NCBI GenBank assembly: GCA_963727805.1
Contig: CAVSHF010000003.1
Span: 2,397,327-2,461,326 of the forward strand
Source of the DNA: an uncultured Nitrospiraceae bacterium
GTDB taxonomy: Bacteria > Nitrospirota > Thermodesulfovibrionia > Thermodesulfovibrionales > Dissulfurispiraceae
Direction: 5' to 3'
DNA length: 64,000 nt
Under the pieces are notes generated by a model. That model searched no databases. It was not told where the DNA came from and was given only the letters and a program-made list of their open reading frames with translations. Position numbers and translations under genes: made by a program. This document shows positions 56,158-64,000 of the stretch, piece by piece (position 1 is the first letter of the stretch; each line of letters begins with the position of its first letter).

Positions 56158-56914
56158 CTTTCCTCCTCTGTTCGATGATCTGCGCCATGATACTTATTGC
56201 GATCTCCCCGGGCGTTACAGAACCTATCGGGAGTCCGACGGGAGTGATAATCCTGCCGATATCATCATCCGTAAATCCAGCATCCTTAAGAAAACGAAAA
56301 AGGACTGCCATTTTGCGCTTGCTTCCAACGAGGCCCACATATCTTGCCTTAGTCGACAATGCCGCCTTGACGGCGTCGAGGTCGTGATTGTGCCCCCTTG
56401 TGGCGATAACGATATACGAATTGCGGTCGATCCTGATTCCTGAAAAGGCCTCGCCGAATTCAGCCACGACTACATTGTCTGCATGCGGAAGATTCTCCTT
56501 GTTTGAGAACTCTGCCCTGTCATCCACCACCGTGACGCGGAAACCTGAGATACTTGCAACCTGGGAGAGTGCCTTTCCTACGTGCCCCGCGCCGAGGATT
56601 GCAAGATGCGGTTCGGGGATTATCGGTTCGATAAAGACAAAGACTTTCCCTCCGCACACAAGCCCGCCATGTTTCTCAGTAAGATTGAAGGGGACAGTTT
56701 TAGGAAAGCCCTCTTTAATGGCAAGCGAGGCAAGCTCAATCACTTCCGCCTCGATGCATCCACCTCCAAGTGTCCCAGTGATTAAGCCGTCGTCCCGAAT
56801 GAGCATCTTCGCCCCTTCCTTTTGCGGCGAAGAGCCGATTGACTGTACAATAGTGGCGAGGGCACATGGTCTGCCCTCTTTTTTGAGCCTCACGATTTCC
56901 TCGTAGACGTCCAT
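56075..56914 (-). CDS. xdhC: XdhC/CoxI molybdoenzyme maturation factor
   Basis: GTLGGGCIE, GLVCGG, GAGHVG, YVGLVGSKRK, PVGL..TPGEIAISI. Confidence 0.88.
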   Translation of the reverse strand: MDVYEEIVRLKKEGRPCALATIVQSIGSSPQKEGAKMLIRDDGLITGTLGGGCIEAEVIELASLAIKEGFPKTVPFNLTEKHGGLVCGGKVFVFIEPIIPEPHLAILGAGHVGKALSQVASISGFRVTVVDDRAEFSNKENLPHADNVVVAEFGEAFSGIRIDRNSYIVIATRGHNHDLDAVKAALSTKARYVGLVGSKRKMAVLFRFLKDAGFTDDDIGRIITPVGLPIGSVTPGEIAISIMAQIIEQRRKDAFSSIGHSSCSGIIEKNGAVETASSS

Positions 56915-56917
56915 TGG

Positions 56918-59098
56918 CTAATCCGCTTTCAAGTCTCCGGCTCGGATCGGCAGCCGCCGTATGCGTTTGTCTGTTGCCGCAAATATCGCATTACCCACGG
57001 CTGGAGCGATAGGCGGTACTCCGGGTTCACCCACTCCGCCAGGTGGCTCTGTATTCGACACTATAAAGACATCGACGATAGGCATTTCGTTCAAGCGCAG
57101 TACGGGGTAGTCGTGGAAATTGCTCTGCTCGACACGACCGTTCTTCAATGTAATCTCACCATGTAGCGCAGCGGAAAGCCCAAATACAATCCCTGATTCC
57201 ATCTGCGCCCTTATGGTGTCGGGATTTACGATCTTGCCGCAATCGATGGCGCATACTACTTTATGCACCCGGACAGTTCCATCTGGTTTTACAGACACTT
57301 CGGCAACATGCGAAATGAAGCTGCCGAAGGACTCATGGACCGCTATACCCCGGGCACGTCCCGCTTTCAATGGTTCGCTCCAATCTGACTTTTCAGCAGC
57401 GAGTTTCAATACACCAAGATGGCGCGGATGATTTTTGAGGAGTGTAAGACGGTATTCGTACGGATCTTTGCCGGCGGCGTGCGCAAGCTCATCGATGAAA
57501 CTTTCAACGACAAAAGCCGTGTGAGAGTGGCCGACAGAGCGCCACCACTGCACCGGCACTCCTATTCTCGGACTGTGTAAGTCAACATGGATATTCGGGA
57601 TTGCATAAGGAATATCCTGCGCGCCTTCCACAGAGGTCTGGTCGACACCTTCCTTTATCATGCGGGTGAAGGGTGTTCCCTCTAAAATCGATTGGCCGAC
57701 GATTGTATGGCGCCAGGCAACGGGATTCCCCTCTTTATCCAGCCCAGCGGCGATACGGTCATACCACATTGGACGATAATATCCTCCCCCGGTATCGTCC
57801 TCTCGTGTCCAGATAACCTTGATTGGCTGCTTTACACCGACTGTTCGTGCCGCTTTTGCGACATGTGCTGCCTCCGAAACGAAGTCCGTTTGAGGATTTG
57901 CCTTGCGACCAAAACCGCCCCCTAGATAGGTGGTATGAAGTTTCACTTGCTCCGGCTTGAGGTCTAATATGCGCGCGGCAGAGTTGCGGTCGGCTGTCTG
58001 GAACTGCGTGCCAGTCCAGATTTCGCAGCTGTCGCTCCGATAGTCAACAAGGCAGCTCAGGGTTTCCATGGTTGCATGTGCGAGATAGGGGACAGTGTAT
58101 TCGGCGCTGATCTGTTTTGCCGCCTGCTTTAGCGCATGATCGGCATCTCCCTCCTTACGGGCAACTGCCCCCGGAGTTTTAGCGAGAGCTGCATACTCTT
58201 CAAGTTGCTTCTGGGTGTCGAATGTGGCAAGTGGGCCTTCGTCCCATATGATTTCGAGGGCGTCGCGGCCCCGATGTGCAGACCAGCAGTCATCGGCGAT
58301 AACGGAGACCCCTGAATTGATCTGAGCCACCGCCGTGACACCTGCCATCGCCTTTGCCTTGTCCGCGTTGAAGGTTTTCACCTTTCCGCCAAAGACAGGA
58401 GGGCGTGCAACCAGTGCGATGAGCATTCCCGGGACCTTTACATCAATACTAAAGACAGCCTTTCCGTTCACCTTGTCGGGAGTATCGAGGCGCTTTATGG
58501 GTTTGCCAAGAAACTTATCATATGAAGGCTTTTTCAGGGGAATATCGCTGGGAGCTTCAAGAGTGGCAGCCTTCTCTGCCAATTCTCCATATGAAAGGCG
58601 TTGCCCCGCCGGGCCTAGCACGATACTGTTCTCTGCCCGACAATTGTTGGGACTGACCTTCCATATGTCCGCTGCCGCGGCGATTAACATCATTCGCGCT
58701 GCGGCCCCCGCCTTGCTTAGGCGCTCCCACTCACTCCTGATGCTTGTGCTTCCGCCGGTCCCTTGCAAAGTCCCCCATTGAGCATGGTTGTACGCTGGGT
58801 CAACTGGAGCAGGCTCGACACGAATCTTCGACCAGTCGACTTCGAGTTCCTCTGCGACGAGCATCGGAAGGGATGTGTACACCCCTTGTCCCATCTCCGA
58901 CTTGTTGACGACGATCGTTACAGAGTTGTCCGTGCTGATGCGGATGAAGGCATTTGGGGCGAAGGAAGCTGACTTCTCGGATGCTTCAACTGGGGATTTG
59001 CAGGGATCAAGAGAGAAGCCGAGAACCAATCCCCCCCCGATAAGGGCCCCAGTCTTGAGAAAGTCGCGGCGGCTTATGTTAATGATGTTGTTCATCAT
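56918..59098 (-). CDS. Xanthine-oxidase-family molybdopterin subunit (IorB/aldehyde dehydrogenase type)
   Basis: [37 protein letters not shown]. Confidence 0.9.
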   Translation of the reverse strand: MMNNIINISRRDFLKTGALIGGGLVLGFSLDPCKSPVEASEKSASFAPNAFIRISTDNSVTIVVNKSEMGQGVYTSLPMLVAEELEVDWSKIRVEPAPVDPAYNHAQWGTLQGTGGSTSIRSEWERLSKAGAAARMMLIAAAADIWKVSPNNCRAENSIVLGPAGQRLSYGELAEKAATLEAPSDIPLKKPSYDKFLGKPIKRLDTPDKVNGKAVFSIDVKVPGMLIALVARPPVFGGKVKTFNADKAKAMAGVTAVAQINSGVSVIADDCWSAHRGRDALEIIWDEGPLATFDTQKQLEEYAALAKTPGAVARKEGDADHALKQAAKQISAEYTVPYLAHATMETLSCLVDYRSDSCEIWTGTQFQTADRNSAARILDLKPEQVKLHTTYLGGGFGRKANPQTDFVSEAAHVAKAARTVGVKQPIKVIWTREDDTGGGYYRPMWYDRIAAGLDKEGNPVAWRHTIVGQSILEGTPFTRMIKEGVDQTSVEGAQDIPYAIPNIHVDLHSPRIGVPVQWWRSVGHSHTAFVVESFIDELAHAAGKDPYEYRLTLLKNHPRHLGVLKLAAEKSDWSEPLKAGRARGIAVHESFGSFISHVAEVSVKPDGTVRVHKVVCAIDCGKIVNPDTIRAQMESGIVFGLSAALHGEITLKNGRVEQSNFHDYPVLRLNEMPIVDVFIVSNTEPPGGVGEPGVPPIAPAVGNAIFAATDKRIRRLPIRAGDLKAD

Positions 59099-59571
59099 TT
59101 ACCTCCTTCCGCGATCACGTTGGTCGCCATAGTGCCAGAGGCGCGATGTATCGCGCGCCTGATTCGCTGATATGTGCCACAACGGCATATGTTACCTGAT
59201 AGGGCATTGTCGATATCAACGTCGCTCGGTGCAGGATTATCTTTGAGCAAGGCCACCGCTGACATGATCTGCCCCGGGTGGCAATATCCGCACTGAGGAA
59301 CGTCATCTTCGATCCAGGCTTTTTTGACGGGATGAGTTTCGGGGATGCCTTCTATCGTGGTGATTTTCTTGCCCTGAGCTGCGTTCACAGGGACCTGGCA
59401 GGAGCGCTCGGGCTTCCCATCGATATGAACGGTACATGCGCCACACTGCGCGATACCACATCCATACTTCGTTCCGATAAGTCCAAGATGCTCCCTGATC
59501 ACCCAGAGCAGGGGCATATCGGAGCTCACATCCACTTCATACTTCTTGCCGTTCACATTGAGAGAGATCAT
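59095..59571 (-). CDS. 2Fe-2S subunit (IorA-type)
   Basis: [27 protein letters not shown]. Confidence 0.92.
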   Translation of the reverse strand: MISLNVNGKKYEVDVSSDMPLLWVIREHLGLIGTKYGCGIAQCGACTVHIDGKPERSCQVPVNAAQGKKITTIEGIPETHPVKKAWIEDDVPQCGYCHPGQIMSAVALLKDNPAPSDVDIDNALSGNICRCGTYQRIRRAIHRASGTMATNVIAEGGK

Positions 59572-59704
59572 GGATACCTCCTTTAATTACGGAGTGCATT
59601 TATTTGATTTGTCTCTTTCTAAATATACAAAAAGTGTAACAGGATTTTAGGGCAGATGCTATGGCGTTGAGAGGGAGTTATTCCGAACGTGATCTTATTT
59701 GGAT

Positions 59705-59734
59705 TGTATTCAGGATGGCTGTATTCAGGATGGC
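59705..59734. repeat. 15-bp tandem duplication
   Basis: TGTATTCAGGATGGC x2. Confidence 0.85.
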
Positions 59735-59770
59735 TTGACATGAATATTAAAGTATCATAATATTATGATA
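59735..59770 (+). promoter_or_regulatory. arsR operon promoter with overlapping palindromic operator
   Basis: TTGACA-17-TAATAT; perfect 18-bp palindrome TATCATAATATTATGATA at 59753-59770. Confidence 0.65.
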
Positions 59771-59791
59771 TAAAAATCTTTAGGATGGATT

Positions 59792-60133
59792 ATGAGATCA
59801 TATGGCAGACAGGCGGATATTTTACGGGTAATCGCTCATCCGGTGAGGATCAGGATATTAGGTGAGCTCATCAAAGGGGTTAAATGTGTAAGCGACATCG
59901 AGAAATTTCTTGAGCTGCCGCAGTCAAATGTATCACAGCACCTATCCCTCCTGCGAAACACCGGCATGATCGACTATTACACGGACGGCAGGCTTAGGTG
60001 TTATTACCTCAGGGACCCCATAGTCCCTGACATTTTGAATGTATTGAGCAAAGAATACAGTGAGGAGCTTCCGGCTCCAGCATGTTGTCCGGTAACAAAG
60101 AAAGGCACTTATCCAGGAAGGAGCCCGCAATGA
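59792..60133 (+). CDS. ArsR/SmtB family transcriptional regulator
   Basis: AHPVRIRIL, KCVSDI, QSNVSQHLSLLR; C-terminal PACCP. Confidence 0.9.
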   Translation: MRSYGRQADILRVIAHPVRIRILGELIKGVKCVSDIEKFLELPQSNVSQHLSLLRNTGMIDYYTDGRLRCYYLRDPIVPDILNVLSKEYSEELPAPACCPVTKKGTYPGRSPQ

Positions 60134-60480
60134 AGATCAACAAAGAAATTACTATGTTTTTTACCACCACACCTTACAGCTCTGAAAACACCCATACTAT
60201 TATCAAGTTTGCCGACGCAGCGCTGAGGAAAGGCCACAAGGTGCGCCTTATTGCATCGGGAGACGGCGTCTTTTCCGTAGTGAAAGGGCAGGTCCCCGCC
60301 GCCTTCTCAGCCCTTGAAGACCTGGTAAGTAGAGGGCTTAAAGTGGATATATGAACAGGCTGCATGCAAGCCCGCGGTCTTGCGGGTGAGGATTCGGTTG
60401 AGGGGGGAGAAATGAGCTCACTGAAAGGGCTTTTCAACACAATCAAGACACGCCCGATTTTCTTGAGTGTTGGCTCGTAA
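60130..60480 (+). CDS. DsrE/TusD-like protein, probable selenoprotein (U75)
   Basis: TTPYSSE, GDGV; in-frame TGA 60352-60354 in VDI-U-TGCMQARG; frame continues 41 codons to TAA 60480. Confidence 0.82.
60371..60386 (+). promoter_or_regulatory. Putative bacterial SECIS hairpin
   Basis: CCCGCG-GTCT-TGCGGG, stem starting 16 nt after the UGA, loop begins with GU. Confidence 0.65.
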
Positions 60481-60490
60481 CGAGGACGAG

Positions 60491-60844
60491 ATGGGAATCA
60501 TAAGCATCCTATTGAGGAAAAGTCCTTACGGTACCGTTGATGCGGCAGAGGCAGTACGGCATGCGCTGGGCGGGATTACCGAAGATATGGAAACGCATCT
60601 TGTGCTGGTTGATGGAGGAGTCAATGCAGCAAGAAGAGGGCAGGATCTCGTCTCTACTGGATATGCGAGCATCGAGGAAGGCATAAGGGATTGTATCGAT
60701 ATGGGCATTACTGTCTCTGTCGACAAAGAATCAGTGACGGTGTCCGGCATGGAGCCGCAAGACCTCGTCGAGGGCGTGAACATTCTGAGCGGTCCCGAAA
60801 TAGTCGGACTAATACAAAAAGCCGATACAACCATGATATTTTAA
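60491..60844 (+). CDS. DsrF/TusC-like protein
   Basis: LLRKSPYGT..AAEAVR, VDGGV, VDKES, KADTTMIF. Confidence 0.75.
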   Translation: MGIISILLRKSPYGTVDAAEAVRHALGGITEDMETHLVLVDGGVNAARRGQDLVSTGYASIEEGIRDCIDMGITVSVDKESVTVSGMEPQDLVEGVNILSGPEIVGLIQKADTTMIF

Positions 60845-60854
60845 TGGAGGAGAA

Positions 60855-61136
60855 ATGCTCGTACTTGTCAAGAGCGGTCCGGACACTGCGGAAGGGAACC
60901 GCGGTATTAGTATGGCGAGGGAGATGACTGCCGACTTGGTCCTGATTCAAAATGGCGTCTATTTTGCTATCGCAGAGAGACTTGAAGGGTTCCCGGGGAC
61001 CATCTATATTCTCGATGAGGACAGCAAACTGAGGGGACTCAGGGATGAAGCACTCAGAAAGGATGCTAGCAAGCTTGATTATGACGGGCTGGTTGATGCC
61101 ATAACCGAAGAGGATAAAGTCGTTGGTATGTTTTGA
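60855..61136 (+). CDS. DsrH/TusB-like protein
   Basis: LIQNGVY, LDEDSKLRGL, LDYDGLVD. Confidence 0.8.
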   Translation: MLVLVKSGPDTAEGNRGISMAREMTADLVLIQNGVYFAIAERLEGFPGTIYILDEDSKLRGLRDEALRKDASKLDYDGLVDAITEEDKVVGMF

Positions 61137-61153
61137 ACGATCGGGGGGGGGGA

Positions 61154-62296
61154 ATGGTAAAGCCTATCTATCTTGATTACAACGCAACGACACCGCATGA
61201 TCCTGAAGTGATTGCAGCCATGAAGCCGTACCTGGAAGAACACTTCGGAAATCCATCGAGCTTGCATTGGTATGGTCAAAAAACGAGAGGGGCGGTCGAA
61301 ACCGCGCGTGCGCAAGTCGCGTTCCTTGTCGGGTGTGAGCCTGAAGAAATCATTTTTACAAGCGGCGGTACCGAATCCAACAATCATGCGATAATGGGCA
61401 CCACCGCCGCGCTCAGAGCTAAAGGCAATCATATCATAACATCCCAAATCGAGCACCCTGCCGTGATCGAAGTATGCAAATTTCTTGAGATGCAGGGGAT
61501 TGAGGTGACTTATCTTCCCGTTGACGAATACGGGCTTGTTGATATCGTGAGTGTTGAGAAGGCCATTACGCCGAAGACGATTCTGATTACGGTAATGCAC
61601 GCCAATAATGAAGTCGGAACGATCCAGCACATAGAAGAAATTGGCACGTTAGCTCGCAAGAAGGGGATTGTCTTGCATACCGATGCCGCTCAATCCGCAG
61701 GCAAGATTTGCGTTGATGTCAATGCCTTAGGCGTCGACCTTCTCTCTATTGCGGGGCATAAGCTGTATGCCCCAAAAGGTATCGGTGCCCTTTACATTCG
61801 CCGTGGCCTCGAACTTGGAAAATTCATGCACGGCGCTGGACAGGAAAGCGGGAAAAGGGCAGGGACCGAAAACGTCCTTGAAATCGTCGGACTCGGAACA
61901 GCCTGCGAAATCGCCGCACGTGATCTCAACCTGAACATACCGCACTTTCGGGAAACAAGAGATCAGCTCTACGATGGGCTCAAGCAAAAAGTGAAAGACA
62001 TCAGACTGAATGGGCATCCTGAGCTCCGACTACCGAATACCCTGAGTGTCTGCTTCAGGGGGATTGAAGCACAGGACCTCCTTTCTGCCATTCAGGATCG
62101 CGTCGCTGCATCGGCGGGCGCGGCATGCCATTCGGGAGAGTGCAGACTATCGTCCGTGCTTACTGCAATGCGTGTGCCGGAGGAATGGGGCCGTGGGACG
62201 CTCAGACTATCAACAGGCAAGATGACGACAAGCTCAGAAATTGAAAAGGCGCTCGCCGTCATCTCGAATGCAGCCTTGCAAATCGTTAAAGGTTGA
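61154..62296 (+). CDS. Group I cysteine desulfurase / selenocysteine lyase-like PLP enzyme
   Basis: YLDYNATTP, GNPSS, TSGGTE, ANNEVG, HTDAAQ, GHKLYAPKG, SAGAACHS. Confidence 0.9.
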   Translation: MVKPIYLDYNATTPHDPEVIAAMKPYLEEHFGNPSSLHWYGQKTRGAVETARAQVAFLVGCEPEEIIFTSGGTESNNHAIMGTTAALRAKGNHIITSQIEHPAVIEVCKFLEMQGIEVTYLPVDEYGLVDIVSVEKAITPKTILITVMHANNEVGTIQHIEEIGTLARKKGIVLHTDAAQSAGKICVDVNALGVDLLSIAGHKLYAPKGIGALYIRRGLELGKFMHGAGQESGKRAGTENVLEIVGLGTACEIAARDLNLNIPHFRETRDQLYDGLKQKVKDIRLNGHPELRLPNTLSVCFRGIEAQDLLSAIQDRVAASAGAACHSGECRLSSVLTAMRVPEEWGRGTLRLSTGKMTTSSEIEKALAVISNAALQIVKG

Positions 62297-62303
62297 TGGG
62301 GGG

Positions 62304-62870
62304 TCAGATCGTCTTTCCGATTGAGAAGGCCTTACCGATAGAAGTGCCGATTCCATAATAGCCGGTATTGCCCGGATCAAAAACGAGCGGTTTTATTTTC
62401 AGAATGTCGGGCATTCTGTTGTCTCCCAGCACCGACTCGTCTACCTTTACGTCGATGATCTCGCCGATGAACTGCGTATGCATCCCGATCTCAATGGTAT
62501 GGAGCAGCCTGCATTCGAGCACGACGGGGAATTCTTTCACATAAGGGGCGTCGACAAGGTCGCTTCGCACAGGGGTAAGCCCTGTTGCCATGAATTTGTC
62601 GGTATTCTTTCCTGATACGATGCCAGAATAATCGGCTTCTCTTGCGTGCGCTTCAGACGGCATGCTGATCGTATAGGCCTGGCGGTTCACGATGCAGTCA
62701 TATGTATAGGTCGCTTTGCGTAGCGATACCGCGACGCATGGTGGCTTCGAACAACAAATCCCGCCCCATGCTGCGGTCATAATATTCGGTTTTCCAGTGC
62801 GGTCATACGTTCCGATGACCCATACCGGGGTCGGATATGCCAGAGTCTTTGCTCCCAAAGGGATTTTCAT
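62304..62870 (-). CDS. Flavin reductase / flavoredoxin family protein
   Basis: [45 protein letters not shown]. Confidence 0.88.
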   Translation of the reverse strand: MKIPLGAKTLAYPTPVWVIGTYDRTGKPNIMTAAWGGICCSKPPCVAVSLRKATYTYDCIVNRQAYTISMPSEAHAREADYSGIVSGKNTDKFMATGLTPVRSDLVDAPYVKEFPVVLECRLLHTIEIGMHTQFIGEIIDVKVDESVLGDNRMPDILKIKPLVFDPGNTGYYGIGTSIGKAFSIGKTI

Positions 62871-62994
62871 ATAATCCTCCCTGCAATTATTCCGGGGATC
62901 CGGTTGCTTATTGCTATTACTTTAATTGTATGCATTAAGACCGGATGAATAAAGTACAATAAATAGGTATTTGAAATAAGCGAGGGGCCGGATT

Positions 62995-63867
62995 ATGTCG
63001 CATGAGGATTCTACCGGAGAGTACTCTTCTTTCCGATTAGCAGATAAGCAAGGGTTAACCCCTGAAGACGAATGCGCATTCCGCAAGATTATCTATGATT
63101 ATTACAAAAAGCATCGCCGTGATTTCCCCTGGAGAAAGCAGCGCAGTCCTTATCGCATTCTCGTTTCAGAAATAATGCTCCAGCAAACCCAAACGCAGAG
63201 GGTCTGGGAGAAATACGGAGCTTTTATCAGGCATTTCCCTGATTTTCCTTCTCTTAAGCAGTCTTCGCTTCGGGAGGTGCTGACGCAGTGGCAGGGGCTC
63301 GGATACAATCGACGTGCTATCGCCTTAAAAAGCTGCGCAGAAGCAGTTATCCAAAAATACGGGGGGAGACTTCCCTCCTCAGTCGACGAATTGATAAAGC
63401 TCCCCGGGATCGGCAAAGCGACAGCCTCGTCCATAAGAGCATTCGCCTTCAATAAACCGGCGGTTTTTATCGAGACGAATATCCGTGCCGTCTTTATTCA
63501 CTTCTTTTTCAGGGAGAGAGAGCGTGTCAGCGACACCGATATTATGCCGTTGGTTGAAAAAACCCTCGACGACTCGAATCCCCGGGAATGGTACTATGCA
63601 CTCATGGACTATGGAGTCATGCTCAAAAAGAACTTCCAAAACCCGGCAAGGAAGAGCATTCATCATAAAAAACAGAGTCAATTTGAGGGATCGAACCGTC
63701 AACTGCGCGGAAGAATTCTCAAGGCTCTCCTGATTCACCCCGATATGACGGAAAAGGATTTGACAAAGAAAATCGAGGCGAATTCTGAGAGACTCGGCGA
63801 GAATCTCCTGCGGATGGAAAAGGAGGGTTTGATTCAGCGGAAGAGGGGGAGACTATCGATAGCGTAA
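62995..63867 (+). CDS. MutY-like HhH-GPD DNA glycosylase, short form without Fe-S cluster
   Basis: RDFPWR, VSEIMLQQT, WQGLGYNRR, LPGIG, IETNIR; no CX6CX2CX5C. Confidence 0.85.
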   Translation: MSHEDSTGEYSSFRLADKQGLTPEDECAFRKIIYDYYKKHRRDFPWRKQRSPYRILVSEIMLQQTQTQRVWEKYGAFIRHFPDFPSLKQSSLREVLTQWQGLGYNRRAIALKSCAEAVIQKYGGRLPSSVDELIKLPGIGKATASSIRAFAFNKPAVFIETNIRAVFIHFFFRERERVSDTDIMPLVEKTLDDSNPREWYYALMDYGVMLKKNFQNPARKSIHHKKQSQFEGSNRQLRGRILKALLIHPDMTEKDLTKKIEANSERLGENLLRMEKEGLIQRKRGRLSIA

Positions 63868-63920
63868 CGGCGGCAATCTTTTTTGGATTAAGAGGTGCGA
63901 TATGGTAGAATATCTTTGCC

Positions 63921-63994
63921 GCGCCTGTAGCTCAGTGGATTAGAGCATCAGCCTCCGGAGCTGAGGGTCGGAGGTTCGAATCCTCTCAGGCGCG
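63921..63994 (+). tRNA. tRNA-Arg(CCG)
   Basis: GCGCCTG..CAGGCGC, TCAGC-CTCCGGA-GCTGA, GTTCGAATC; TGGTAGAAT extended -10 upstream. Confidence 0.95.
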
Positions 63995-64000
63995 TTAAAC

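Overview
Bacterial chromosome window from an anaerobe-like organism; the gene set would fit Nitrospirota or Desulfobacterota, but taxonomy is only an inference. It is probably near the replication origin, given two perfect parS palindromes and mnmG-rsmG. The housekeeping core holds purA, serA, a class V aminotransferase, selA, panE, a SlyD-type PPIase, mnmG, rsmG and five tRNAs. It also carries an Ehr-type (hydrogenase-4-like but NiFe-less) membrane complex led by an HTH-PTS EIIA gene, and an envelope glycosylation cluster. The flanks are accessory-looking: ABC and RND efflux systems, an IorAB-type molybdoenzyme with XdhC/MocA, and several decayed gene remnants. Three signals missed by the ORF track stand out. 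(1) An arsR-dsrE-dsrF-dsrH-desulfurase operon has an in-frame UGA at the DsrE catalytic-Cys position (U75xxC78) followed by a SECIS-like hairpin, a probable selenocysteine-based S/Se relay. (2) A stand-alone ~165-nt rod-shaped RNA has its own near-consensus sigma70 promoter and U-tract end (2322-2486, minus strand). (3) An 18-bp symmetric bidirectional promoter would produce two leaderless mRNAs, for mnmG and for an HDOD-degenerate AAA gene. No CRISPR array, integrase or transposase was recognised.
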